IMG/VR virus record: IMGVR_UViG_3300035698_001735
Coordinates: 52,741-116,740 of that record
Direction: 5' to 3' (one strand)
Source: a virus
Length of the DNA: 64,000 nucleotides
In this document: piece after piece, positions 45,749 to 55,899 of the stretch
Numbering within the stretch: the stretch's first letter is position 1
How the letters are laid out: each line of letters opens with the position of its first letter
Notes under the pieces: generated by a model
Databases searched by the model: none
The model's input: only the letters and a program-made list of their open reading frames with translations
Told to the model about the DNA's origin: nothing
Made by a program: the position numbers and the translations under genes

Positions 45749-45997
45749 ATGTTAGATAAAATACTATTAACATCGTTGATATTTATGATATCATCATGGG
45801 CGATACTATTATCAGACACCGACTTTGACTATTACGTCGACGAAGCAATAAAAATCATACATAGGATATCGTGCATTATTTCGTTCACTATTATCTTGAT
45901 GCTTGTATGGACGGCCGACCCGGACGTTGTAAAAGAAACACCAGCTATTACAGAAATTAATACACCACTGAGCGAAAAAATAATATGGCAGACTTAG
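45749..45997 (+). CDS. membrane protein paralogous to the previous gene
   Basis: MLDKILLTSL start. Confidence 0.6.
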   Translation: MLDKILLTSLIFMISSWAILLSDTDFDYYVDEAIKIIHRISCIISFTIILMLVWTADPDVVKETPAITEINTPLSEKIIWQT

Positions 45998-46145
45998 AAA
46001 TTGAAATTGCAAAAAACGGATTCGTAGTAACGGTTGGTCCAAAAACAATAGCTCGTCAAACATGGGCATTTGAAAATGGCGATTCGCTAGCAAAGTTTAT
46101 GACCGAATGGGCGCACGGTAATGAGCAAATCAAAGAGGTACTAAC

Positions 46146-46376
46146 ATGATTTCAATTAGGTCAGACGAACAAATATCTACCGAAAATTTAGGACAAAGCC
46201 GCGCGCCCCTATTACTTGCTATGGCTATGTTAATTAACAAAACTGACTTTCACACTATGTCGTTTGACATGTGCATGACGCATGTAATGTGCAATGCACG
46301 AGGCATAGTAAGTCCTGCAATGGCACACAAAGAACTACTGCTGTTGTTTAGAGATCGCGGATATAACGTACAATAG
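46146..46376 (+). CDS. hypothetical protein
   Basis: GAGG SD. Confidence 0.55.
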   Translation: MISIRSDEQISTENLGQSRAPLLLAMAMLINKTDFHTMSFDMCMTHVMCNARGIVSPAMAHKELLLLFRDRGYNVQ

Positions 46377-46394
46377 TACAATAATACGATAAAT

Positions 46395-46421
46395 ATGGCA
46401 GTCTTCGGACTGTCATTTTTT
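46395..46421 (+). terminator. intrinsic terminator
   Basis: ATGGCAGTC-TTCG-GACTGTCAT plus T run. Confidence 0.85.
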
Positions 46422-46452
46422 ATGACTGATAAATACTATAAGAGGTATACAC

Positions 46453-47007
46453 ATGACCAATTTTACAGAACGATACGAAAAATTAAAAGCAACACGGCCA
46501 GAGTCGCTATATTCAATAGTTACTGAAGAAGTTGTCGAGCCTGCTCCTGAAGACGTCGTCGAACAAGTCAGCAGTGAAGATATAGATGCAGACGTATTAA
46601 ACATAGAAGACGAAGCAATAGAAAATGAAGCACTAGAAGACGAGGTTATTGAAGATGACACCAAGGAAGATAACACAGAAGAAGTTGAAGAAAGCCTCAT
46701 CGAAGATAGCACCAAGGATGCTGAAAAACAAGAGATTCAAACTGTTCAACCAAACCCAGACACGCTGTTAATACTAGAGGCGTTTGATCGATTAGTTAGT
46801 AAAATTGACGAGCTAATGCAAAATCCGCCGGGGGTTAATTTGCCGGCTCCTATTATCGAAATGACTATGCCGGAGATGCGTAAGATCGTGTCTAAGGATA
46901 TCAATCGAGACGCAGAAGGCAATATTAAAAGCATTACAGAAACAACTGTAGAAAAGCCAGTTAATAAAATGCTATCTGAAAAAGCTCCTCCAAAAAAATC
47001 TAAATAA
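46453..47007 (+). CDS. late acidic protein
   Basis: GATAAATA box, GAGG SD, E/D-rich; K.I.RD..GNI motif. Confidence 0.7.
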   Translation: MTNFTERYEKLKATRPESLYSIVTEEVVEPAPEDVVEQVSSEDIDADVLNIEDEAIENEALEDEVIEDDTKEDNTEEVEESLIEDSTKDAEKQEIQTVQPNPDTLLILEAFDRLVSKIDELMQNPPGVNLPAPIIEMTMPEMRKIVSKDINRDAEGNIKSITETTVEKPVNKMLSEKAPPKKSK

Positions 47008-47032
47008 TTGTACGGCTACTATGAGGTAAACA

Positions 47033-47538
47033 ATGGCAGAAAGTAAGAAAGGCAAACATGCAGATTTCCTAGAAACGCGACAGCGCATTAAGCCTAGCTC
47101 GGAAGCGGTGGCGTCAAGATTAAGCCGGGCTCTAAGGTTATTGTAATACAAGCTGATTTAGAAGGACCTATCGTTAATGTCGATGCCGACTTCGACATGC
47201 CGGCCTACATTGCAATACAGCTAGAGCAGCTATTTTCAAATGCTACCGTAGAAGAAATTATCAACGCCGACGATCATCTTATTATTAATGACTTGCTCGG
47301 CGAAGGTAAGCATGTTATACGCCCTGGCAAAAAAACACGTTTCGAACACAAAACTAAAATGAGCGGCAAGGCAGACGTGTCTTTTAAGCCAGCACAAGCT
47401 ATAATAGAACATTTTGATTACGGACGTAACAGACGACGCGAAGAAGATGAACTTTTGGCTCTTGGTGATCTATATGAAACTAAAGGCAGGAAACGAAGTA
47501 GAGAAGATGACGAAATTGAGTTACTTGGACTACTTTAG
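47033..47538 (+). CDS. hypothetical protein, apparent frameshift near 47100
   Basis: GAGG SD before ATG 47033; second frame open from about 47100 into ORF 47197; REEDELL repeated. Confidence 0.5.
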
Positions 47539-47722
47539 CCATTGACATATTTGGGTATCCGTTATACACTAGTAACATAGGAAATTAATTAAAACCGAAC
47601 TAATAGAGCATAAGCTCACCAATATGAGAAGGCCTTGCATTTCTTGTAGCCATTGTAAATGGTCAACCAATTAAAGGTTCGCCTAGTTAGTTTTCTAAAT
47701 TATCACAAAAGAGGAATATATA

Positions 47723-47992
47723 ATGTCAGACGAAGAATTAAACGTTAAAGTTGTATTTGCTGATAGCTTTTTTGACAGCTTAAATGACCAAGATCTTACA
47801 CAAGAAGAACAGCAAGAAATCATTACTGAGTTAGGCGAACGCATGAAAGACCCAGTGCAAATGGCGGCTATGTTAGCTGAGTCCACTGAGTTGTCCGACG
47901 AAGAATGGCAAGAGCTAGTCGACACTGGTGCTATTCTTGAAGACGACGAACAAGTTACTACAGTAGAACTTGGTAAGAATCGGCTACATTAA
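47723..47992 (+). CDS. acidic hypothetical protein
   Basis: GAGGA SD. Confidence 0.65.
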   Translation: MSDEELNVKVVFADSFFDSLNDQDLTQEEQQEIITELGERMKDPVQMAAMLAESTELSDEEWQELVDTGAILEDDEQVTTVELGKNRLH

Positions 47993-48306
47993 TACCGACG
48001 AAATATGATTTTCTCAGCAATACGCAAGTAATGCTGAGTTAATCCAATAAGCTGCCTGTGTGTATCCGAGTCACTTGGGTCTATCTGATAAACTTCTATA
48101 ATAGCCTTTGCAATTAAAAAATCACGCTCGGCTAATGCTTCTTCGTCAACTGGCAATCCGTTAACGCCCTGCAGAAACATTTCTTCTGTAATGTATAAAG
48201 CCAGTTGGAAGTTAGAATTATTTATGACTGGGTCACTAACTCCGTTAGAGTTCACTGGGCTAGATAATAATAAAAATAATAAACATAATGCTGCAAATAG
48301 TTTCAT
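47989..48306 (-). CDS. secreted protein
   Basis: Signal peptide; overlaps the upstream - strand gene. Confidence 0.6.
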   Translation of the reverse strand: MKLFAALCLLFLLLSSPVNSNGVSDPVINNSNFQLALYITEEMFLQGVNGLPVDEEALAERDFLIAKAIIEVYQIDPSDSDTHRQLIGLTQHYLRIAEKIIFRRY

Positions 48307-48788
48307 TTTCTTTCCTGTAATGCACGTAGTAGGCTATCAGTGTTAACTGAACTGTTAGAAATACCTACACGCTTAATTTTTAATATTGGACTGTTTACGC
48401 ACTCGCGTATCGTAATCGGATTATAGTGTTTAGGAATCTCACGTAGCTTATCTACTTGCTCTTGGTGCTTGTCTTGTAATGCACGCCACGAATTAATTTT
48501 AGCAACGGCGTATTCCCCTTCGTCTTCTTTTAACATGTTAATCACTTCTTTAGAAATTAAAATCATAGTTTCTTGTTTATTCTTGTCTATCTCAATTTCG
48601 ATATCAGCAAACACAGCTTGTTGTTCACAGTACTGCTCTATTACTGCTTGTTGCTTAGCAAAGTGGTTGTACAGCCATGTAGCGCTACCAGACATCGATG
48701 CAACAAATCCTATTAATCCAAACATCCATGCTTTATTTCTAAGTAAAACTTGAAAAAAGCTAATCGGTGTACCGTCTTTGTCTTTCAT
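48303..48788 (-). CDS. late membrane protein with coiled coil
   Basis: AGGAG SD before MKDKDG; CTAAATA box; one TM helix. Confidence 0.6.
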   Translation of the reverse strand: MKDKDGTPISFFQVLLRNKAWMFGLIGFVASMSGSATWLYNHFAKQQAVIEQYCEQQAVFADIEIEIDKNKQETMILISKEVINMLKEDEGEYAVAKINSWRALQDKHQEQVDKLREIPKHYNPITIRECVNSPILKIKRVGISNSSVNTDSLLRALQERK

Positions 48789-48879
48789 GTTAGTGTCTCC
48801 TATGTTGTATTTAGTGCTTGACAGTGCATAAGCAATATAGTATAATAGCTGCACAAATTTATTAAAGTGAGGATTAGCA

Positions 48880-49770
48880 ATGGCTAGTGTAGTTGCACGA
48901 TTAAACAAATTAAAACTAATTAACCCGCCTGCATGGCTTCCTAGTAACACTATGTTCGAAGGATGGACTGGTTCTGTTGCATACGGAGCAAGTAACGACG
49001 CAAGTGATATGGACATTGTCGGCTTTGCTATGCCTCCCAAGGATATGATATTCCCGCACTTATCAGGCGAGATTCACGGCTTTGGTAATCAGATACCGCG
49101 CTTTGATCAATATCAGCAGCACCACGTAAATGATAAAAGCACAGGCAAAGAATACGATCTTGTCATCTATAGCATCGTAAAGTTCTTCCAGCTAGTTATG
49201 GATAATAACCCTAACATGGTAGATAACTTATTCCTGCCGCGCCGTTGTATTTTACACTCTACTGAAATGTACGAACGTATACGCGAAAACCGTAAGATGT
49301 TTTTACACAAAGGATCTTACTATAAGTTCCGCGGGTATGCGTTGAGTCAAATGAGCAAGATTAACAAAGGCTCAAACAAAAGTAATCCTAAGCGCCAAGC
49401 TTCTATTGACGAACATGGATACGATGTTAAGTTCGGGTATCACGTAATTCGCTTGCTACTAGAAGCAGAGCAGTTACTAACAACTGGAGACTTGCAACTT
49501 GATCGTGACTCGGAAGTTTATAAGTCAGTGCGCCGGGGCGAATGGACGCTAGAACGCATAAACGGCTGGGCTACTGAAAAAGAGAAATCTTTAGAGACGC
49601 TGTTTGCAAATTCCAAGCTTCCTGAACGTCCGCCGGAAGACAAGATTAAAGAATTGTTAATGGAGTGTTTAGAAATGCATTACGGATCGCTATCTGCGGC
49701 GGTTGTTGAGCAAGACAAGCACAGCAGACTGCTTAGAGAACTTGATGAGCTAGTTAACAAGCATCGTTAA
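48880..49770 (+). CDS. Pol-beta-superfamily nucleotidyltransferase (RlaP/YcgL-like)
   Basis: GSVAYG....SDMD, NNPN..LF, F.GYA.SQ, GYDVKF.YH..RLL, VRRGEW. Confidence 0.85.
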   Translation: MASVVARLNKLKLINPPAWLPSNTMFEGWTGSVAYGASNDASDMDIVGFAMPPKDMIFPHLSGEIHGFGNQIPRFDQYQQHHVNDKSTGKEYDLVIYSIVKFFQLVMDNNPNMVDNLFLPRRCILHSTEMYERIRENRKMFLHKGSYYKFRGYALSQMSKINKGSNKSNPKRQASIDEHGYDVKFGYHVIRLLLEAEQLLTTGDLQLDRDSEVYKSVRRGEWTLERINGWATEKEKSLETLFANSKLPERPPEDKIKELLMECLEMHYGSLSAAVVEQDKHSRLLRELDELVNKHR

Positions 49771-49873
49771 TTAACTAATATAATAGTTGACAATAGTCGT
49801 ACGTTATTGTATAATGTACGACTATTAATTAAAAACTTTTATTATTAAACTAAAATCTAACAGGAAGTACCGT

Positions 49874-50783
49874 ATGAAAAAACATATAACGAGCGTAGTA
49901 ACACTTGCTATTGCGCTGTCTTTTGCACGCTGCGCCAGCAGCTTATGCTGAGACGTATACATCTACTATGACAGGCAATGATAACAGCCTTGTTGTTAAT
50001 TACGACCAAAACGGTGCCACTGGCACTAATGTCAATACATATACATCTACTATGACCGGCAATAAGAACAGCATTGTTCTTAATTATGGCGCTGACGGGT
50101 TTGGAACACAAGCTGATCTAGTAGCTATTAACAAACGAATGACTCGACTCAACAACGAAGACATGCGTGTTAAGCGTGGTAGAGTAGATGGCACTGACCT
50201 AGTCCTTGAAGTAGAAGACATGGCTAAGTCAAACGGCCGGCCTACTATATACAAGCGAGATGTTAGAATTGACGTGTCGGAGTTAAACCAGTCTGCAGAA
50301 GTTGCCGACAACACGAGTAAAATTATTACTAATACTACTGATATTACAATCAACAATGCCAAGACAGGAATCACATCAGACCAAGCAGATCACATTGTAA
50401 ACAACAATGCCAAGACAGGAATCACATCAGACCAGGCAAATCAAATTGTAAACAACCGTGTTGATATTAATGATCTGAAACAACGTGACATTAATACAAA
50501 CAAGCGCATTGATAATATTTTTATTAGCATGGACGACTTAGAAAAGAACCTGTCGGGTGGTATTGCTAGCTCAATCGCAATAGGCCAACACCAGTTTGAT
50601 CCAAGCTATAAAGGCGGTGGTCAAGTTAGCGTAGCAGCTGGTTTCTACAACGGCGAAAATGCACTAAGTTTAGCAGCAGGCGTGCCGGTAGGCGAACGTG
50701 CTTTTTTTAGCACTTCTTTAGCTACTGACAGCGGAAACAAAGGCGTAAGCATGGGCATCGGCTTAACGTATCGCTTAAAGTAA
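49874..50783 (+). CDS. YadA-like trimeric autotransporter adhesin (frameshift in a T run near 49920)
   Basis: Signal peptide from ATG 49874; stalk repeats; C-terminal GGIASSIA...VAAGFYNGENALSL...MGIGLTY anchor. Confidence 0.8.
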
Positions 50784-50804
50784 ACAACACGCAGTAAACG
50801 AAAC

Positions 50805-50829
50805 AAAGACGAGCTAGCTCGTCTTTTCT
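50805..50829 (+). terminator. intrinsic terminator
   Basis: AAAGACGAG-CTAG-CTCGTCTTTT. Confidence 0.75.
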
Positions 50830-50902
50830 CTTGACAACTTATCCTAACTTTGTTATAGTAGCATAGATAAAGTATAAATACTTTGAGAAACGGAGAAAAA
50901 AG

Positions 50903-51469
50903 ATGTCAACATTCTTGGGTCCGCGTGCCCTTGTTCTTAACGCAAACTACATGCCAGTATCACTGTTCCCCATCCACACGATTCCCGTAGAGGATGCTAT
51001 TACTCGTGTGTTTAACGGAACTTGCCATGTTGTATTTGAATATGAACGTGCCATTCTTACTCCGTCACTTAAAATGAAATGGCCTTCGGTTATTGCACGT
51101 AACACCGGAGTCCGCGTGAAAGAAAAAGTAAAGCTACGTCGCGAATCTCTGTATTACAGAGACCACGGCATATGCGTATATTGTGAAAAGAAACTTACAA
51201 TAAATCAGCTTACTTACGATCACGTTTATCCGCGTGCTAAAGGTGGCGCTCACGCATGGGACAATATTGTCTCTAGCTGCGGTAAGTGCAACAATGCAAA
51301 AGGCCACAGTATGCCAGTAGGTAACTGGAAGCCAAAGATTGCACCATTCGAACCAACATACTTTGATTTACTTAAAGCGCGCCGAAAATGGCCAATTACT
51401 ATTCCGCATGCATCTTGGGAAACATTCCTTGGTAATTGGGAAGCTGAAGTATTAGTATTGAGGTCTTAA
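50903..51469 (+). CDS. HNH endonuclease
   Basis: LVLNA.Y.P, RD...CVYC, TYDHVYPRAKGG..WDNIV..C.KCNN.KG. Confidence 0.92.
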   Translation: MSTFLGPRALVLNANYMPVSLFPIHTIPVEDAITRVFNGTCHVVFEYERAILTPSLKMKWPSVIARNTGVRVKEKVKLRRESLYYRDHGICVYCEKKLTINQLTYDHVYPRAKGGAHAWDNIVSSCGKCNNAKGHSMPVGNWKPKIAPFEPTYFDLLKARRKWPITIPHASWETFLGNWEAEVLVLRS

Positions 51470-51526
51470 CCAATTGACAATACTGCTTTTGTATAGTACA
51501 ATAAGTGTATTATATGGAGGCAGTAT

Positions 51527-52846
51527 ATGCGCACACAACCCCAAGACATTATTAAACTCATCGAAGAAAAATCCGGTCGTCTAGACAAAGAAGCTATTGT
51601 GCTTAATGCAATGGAAGAAACTCAAGACGAGTTCTTCGCAGGGTTATCACTAGCATACAACAAGCTTGTTACTTTTGGCGTTAAACAAGTACCGGAAAGT
51701 ACTGTAGAAAACGGACAAGGATTGCCGTGGGATGCTTTTATTAAGCTATCCACGTTACTTCAACTTCGCCAACTTACTGGACACGCAGCTCGTGATGCAA
51801 TCGAGTTAGCTATGCAATCAGCAACACAAGAACAATGGAACGGCTTTTATCGTCGTATCTTAATTAAAGACATGCGATGCGGAATGACAGAAGGCACAGT
51901 CAATCGTGTTGCTAAGAAGAACAAATTCCTCCAATACGAAATTCCAGTCTTTACATGCCAACTTGCGCACGACTCAGCTAAGCACGAAAAAAAGCTTACT
52001 GGAAAGAAAATGATTGAGACTAAACTAGACGGTGTAAGAGACATTACTATTGTGCGCACCGACGGCCAGGTTGAAATGTTTAGTCGCAACGGCAAGCAGT
52101 TTCATAACTTTAATCATATATGTGATCAAATTAGCGAAGTTGTTAAGGAGTATCCGCCTCCTTGTGACTTAGTGCTAGACGGCGAAATAATGAGTTCTAG
52201 CTTTCAGGACTTGATGAAACAAGTACAGCGTAAAGACGATGTAGATACAGGCGATGCTATACTAAACTTGTTTGACATGCTACCGCTAGAAGACTTTCTC
52301 AAAGGTGGCTGGGATAAAAAACAAACAGAACGTACAGCTATGTTGCAACACTGGGTTAATACGCACAAAGCGGCATTACCTAACGTAGACGTGCTTGAGT
52401 ACGAAGTTGTAGACTTAGATACTGCTGAAGGACAAAAACGCTACGTAGAGCTTAATAAAGCTGCTGTAGAGGGGGGATATGAAGGCATCATGATTAAAGA
52501 TCTTGATGCCAGTTATACATGCAAGCGATCAACTGCTTGGCTTAAACTAAAGCCGTTTATACAGGTAACATTAAAAGTAGTAGCTATTGAAGAAGGCACC
52601 AATAAAAATGTAGGCCGCCTAGGTGCATTAGTGTGCAAAGGCAAGGACGACGGTAAGTATATTATCGTAAACGTAGGCGGTGGCTTTTCAGAAAAGCAAC
52701 GCGAAGAGTACTACACTGATGATGTAATAGAAAGACTAGCCGAAGTAAGAGCTGATGCTATTACGCAAAATCAAGACGGAACATACAGCTTACGCTTTCC
52801 GCGTTTTATAACGTTTCGCGACAACGGCAATGGAGTAAAAATATAA
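51527..52846 (+). CDS. lig: ATP-dependent DNA ligase
   Basis: ETKLDGVR, SRNGK, LDGE, EGIMIK, WLKLKP, VGGGFS, SLRFPRF. Confidence 0.95.
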   Translation: MRTQPQDIIKLIEEKSGRLDKEAIVLNAMEETQDEFFAGLSLAYNKLVTFGVKQVPESTVENGQGLPWDAFIKLSTLLQLRQLTGHAARDAIELAMQSATQEQWNGFYRRILIKDMRCGMTEGTVNRVAKKNKFLQYEIPVFTCQLAHDSAKHEKKLTGKKMIETKLDGVRDITIVRTDGQVEMFSRNGKQFHNFNHICDQISEVVKEYPPPCDLVLDGEIMSSSFQDLMKQVQRKDDVDTGDAILNLFDMLPLEDFLKGGWDKKQTERTAMLQHWVNTHKAALPNVDVLEYEVVDLDTAEGQKRYVELNKAAVEGGYEGIMIKDLDASYTCKRSTAWLKLKPFIQVTLKVVAIEEGTNKNVGRLGALVCKGKDDGKYIIVNVGGGFSEKQREEYYTDDVIERLAEVRADAITQNQDGTYSLRFPRFITFRDNGNGVKI

Positions 52847-53370
52847 TGTCACAATATCTAGATCCCAGCAATCCGTACAGTAACCCGTATGCCGCACGTA
52901 ATCAATACGATCCATTTAATGCTGGTTATCATTCGCTTAGCGAACAGCAAGCCGAGGAGCATGCAGTAATAGGACGCGAAGTTCTCGGTAAGGCATTGCA
53001 AGCATACGTAGAAAAAAGCGATAGGCAATTTGTTAGACTTGCAGCTATGGATCATCAACATGTACCTTGCAATAACCCCTATACTGGATTTTCCGAGTCC
53101 TACATTAGAGAAGACGGTATTCAAATAGATCTTTCAGAAGATAATTTTAAGAAGCTGGCGATTCTGATAGGAGTAGCAGAACGCACTGATCCACACGCAG
53201 TACATCGCTTTATCGCGCACAGAGCAGAAGCGATAGTTAGCAGTAAGCACGAAAAAGAACAGAAGTTAAGGGACGAAAATCCATCACTAGCTAACTTATA
53301 CAGTAAATACCAAATGACAAGGAAACTGATAACTAATGCCGAAGGTGACGATAGCACACTATGCGATTGA
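52846..53370 (+). CDS. hypothetical protein
   Basis: GGAG SD; E..LR..NP.L...Y.KY tail. Confidence 0.65.
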   Translation: MSQYLDPSNPYSNPYAARNQYDPFNAGYHSLSEQQAEEHAVIGREVLGKALQAYVEKSDRQFVRLAAMDHQHVPCNNPYTGFSESYIREDGIQIDLSEDNFKKLAILIGVAERTDPHAVHRFIAHRAEAIVSSKHEKEQKLRDENPSLANLYSKYQMTRKLITNAEGDDSTLCD

Positions 53371-53632
53371 TCTAGGCGGAGCAATTTTCAACTCCGTGCC
53401 GCCGTATTGCCTAGAGGGTAACTACATCAAAACACAAACTTTAGACCGTGCCGGCAAAGGTGAACTCCGTGCGCTTACATGGCTATATGATCAAGCTAGT
53501 GACATTACATATCAGCACGCGTATGATCCGGCGAAAATGAAAGTAAAGGTTAGCGTATCAGGACAGCTCGGCGAAAAAGACTACACGTACTATATACTAA
53601 AATACGGGCACCTGCACTCTATCAGTAGTTGA
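53336..53632 (+). CDS. hypothetical protein
   Basis: AGGA SD; KDYTYYILKY tail. Confidence 0.6.
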   Translation: MPKVTIAHYAIDLGGAIFNSVPPYCLEGNYIKTQTLDRAGKGELRALTWLYDQASDITYQHAYDPAKMKVKVSVSGQLGEKDYTYYILKYGHLHSISS

Positions 53633-53681
53633 CAATAAGCCCGGTTGACTATATAGTATGTACTTAAGGAGAATAACAATA

Positions 53682-54968
53682 ATGGCAAAAGCAAAAAAAA
53701 CACGAGCAGCACCTATAGTTAGACGCGGCGGAAAGCTACCTGACATTAACTGGGACGGCTGGGAAAAGTGGAGTGGACAAAAGTACAATAAATTTCGACG
53801 CAATGCAATCAGTTTTTACTATGACAACTATAAGCTTACTGACTTACAGCCCAACTTATATAAGTGGATGGAAGCAAGTGGGTACAGTAAAGACGACGTT
53901 CGCGCAATGAAAGAAGTTCCGTCGTGGAGAATACCCGCAACTCCTTGTATACTAGCAAAGTGTTTAACTATAGGTATGCCGGACGTTAATCCAGTATGGG
54001 ACGAGTATTGGGTTAGTTTAAAAGGCACAGGTGATACTGTACCTCGTGCACCGACCGCTTTTATTAATGAATTCATTAGTAATATAATTGAAGACGGCCG
54101 CCATGCACTTAAAGTAAAGAAGGCAGAAGCAGGTGGGGAACAAAAAGAATCCGCTTCTCCTACTATACAAGACCGCATACGCGAGCAAGCCATTAGTATG
54201 GCTGAGCCAATTGACGAATGGCTGGAAACGTTTATAATCAATCCCAAGACATTTAACGCAAAAGAATTTGATATCAACACGCACTTTACTACTGTTAATC
54301 TTACACAAGCACACGCACGTAAAATGATTGGTTTCTACGAAGCAGAGCTTAATGAGATGCGAACCGTTAAACTAATTCCTACACCAGCTAAGTTAAAAAA
54401 GATTAAAGATGAGAAAGAGTTAGCGGAGTGGGAGCAAATTATAGAAGGTTACGCGCACTTACGCAAAGTAGACGTAGCTAAGTACGTAGACGCGCTAGAA
54501 ACGCTTGTAGGCGCTTGTACGCTTGTTATAGACGCTAGTAAAGCTACACGCAAGCCTCGTAAACGCGCTGCTCCTAGTGCAGAGAAATTAGTTGCTAAAA
54601 TTAAATATAAAGTTAAAGACGACAAATACCAAGTTGCTAGCATTAATCCTATTGATATTATAGGTGCTAATGAGCTTTGGACATTTAATGTTAAGACTCG
54701 AAAGATAGGAAGATACGTTGCCGATAATCCTGATCACACCGGGCAGAAACGCGGTGGCTCTGGACTGCAAGTTAAGGGAACTACGCTAACAGGGTTCAAC
54801 GAAAAAGAATCTATACAAAAAACGTTACGAAAACCGTTAGATCAGCTAAAAGAGTTTAAGTCTTTGGGTAAGGTTAAATTAAGAAAATTTATTAATAGTA
54901 TCGCCACTACAGACACTAAATTAAATGGTCGATTTAATACGGACACTATACTTCTTAAAGTAACTTAA
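53682..54968 (+). CDS. conserved T4-like phage protein
   Basis: AGGAG SD; SI.P.DIIGA.ELW.FNVKTRK.G.Y, VKGTT..GF, KTLRKP, LNGRFN.DTILL. Confidence 0.8.
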   Translation: MAKAKKTRAAPIVRRGGKLPDINWDGWEKWSGQKYNKFRRNAISFYYDNYKLTDLQPNLYKWMEASGYSKDDVRAMKEVPSWRIPATPCILAKCLTIGMPDVNPVWDEYWVSLKGTGDTVPRAPTAFINEFISNIIEDGRHALKVKKAEAGGEQKESASPTIQDRIREQAISMAEPIDEWLETFIINPKTFNAKEFDINTHFTTVNLTQAHARKMIGFYEAELNEMRTVKLIPTPAKLKKIKDEKELAEWEQIIEGYAHLRKVDVAKYVDALETLVGACTLVIDASKATRKPRKRAAPSAEKLVAKIKYKVKDDKYQVASINPIDIIGANELWTFNVKTRKIGRYVADNPDHTGQKRGGSGLQVKGTTLTGFNEKESIQKTLRKPLDQLKEFKSLGKVKLRKFINSIATTDTKLNGRFNTDTILLKVT

Positions 54969-54979
54969 TAAATACTAGC

Positions 54980-55330
54980 ATGATAGATTTCATTACAGAA
55001 AAACTAAAAGTTTGGATTTGGGTGGGTAGATTTTCTGTAATAGGAGTTCTTCTCGCCATTATATACTTTCACTACGCAAATCCTTTGATATTTAAGGATC
55101 CTTTAATAGTGGGGTTAACTTGCACAGTATTGTTCATGATGATGCTCTGGTGGTGGTGGGTAGTGTATGTAATTAAAACTATAGACCGCATCCAACACAC
55201 ACTAACCAAAGCTAACGACACTGTAGAAGATCTTATGGTCAGTATAAAAGAAGTTAAGCAAATGGCAAAAGAACAGCAAGAAACAACTATTGCTATAATT
55301 TCTCAATACAGACAGAAGTTAGACGAATAA
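54980..55330 (+). CDS. late 2-TM membrane protein (holin-like, unproven)
   Basis: ATAAATA box, two TM helices with WWWW, coiled tail. Confidence 0.55.
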   Translation: MIDFITEKLKVWIWVGRFSVIGVLLAIIYFHYANPLIFKDPLIVGLTCTVLFMMMLWWWWVVYVIKTIDRIQHTLTKANDTVEDLMVSIKEVKQMAKEQQETTIAIISQYRQKLDE

Positions 55331-55402
55331 ATATTTTTAATTTATGGTTGACACATTGGATAACTTGTTGTATAATAACGATTAACAAGGAGATAAAATA
55401 AT

Positions 55403-55897
55403 ATGTACTTTTCTAAAAAACGTTACGGCACAGATCGAGGATTGTCCTGCTGTTTTAGACAATGGCGCGCCGATCACTCGCATTGCAGTTTATTACACGG
55501 TTACTCGCTCGGTATTGAATTAATTTTTTCATCCGAAACACTTGACGAAAAAAACTGGGTCATGGACTTCGGCGGACTAAAGTCTTTTAAGGATTGGGCC
55601 GACCGCATGTTTGATCACACCTTAGTTGTAGCAGCAGATGATCCCAAGCTAGCGATATTTAAAACCTTAAATGATAAAGTCGACGGCGGCTTTCTTGACA
55701 TGGGCGTCTGTGACTTACGCATTGTGCCACATGTGGGCTGCGAAGCATTTGCAGAACTAGCATACGACCAAATGAACTGCTTGTTAACAGATATGAAAAA
55801 GGGTGACGGATCGCGTTATCCGGTAGGTCACGGCGTTAAGCTAGTAAGTGTAGAAGTGTTTGAGCATGACTCAAACGGCGCAATATATCAAGGATAA
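55403..55897 (+). CDS. queD: 6-carboxytetrahydropterin synthase
   Basis: SHCSLLHGYS, WVMDFGGLK, FDHT, GCE.FA, VEVFE. Confidence 0.88.
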   Translation: MYFSKKRYGTDRGLSCCFRQWRADHSHCSLLHGYSLGIELIFSSETLDEKNWVMDFGGLKSFKDWADRMFDHTLVVAADDPKLAIFKTLNDKVDGGFLDMGVCDLRIVPHVGCEAFAELAYDQMNCLLTDMKKGDGSRYPVGHGVKLVSVEVFEHDSNGAIYQG

Positions 55898-55899
55898 TT

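Noticed and set aside
48789..49040. N-terminal extension of the 245-aa - strand ORF
   Set aside because: Overlaps the nucleotidyltransferase and its promoter; the SD supports a start at 48788.
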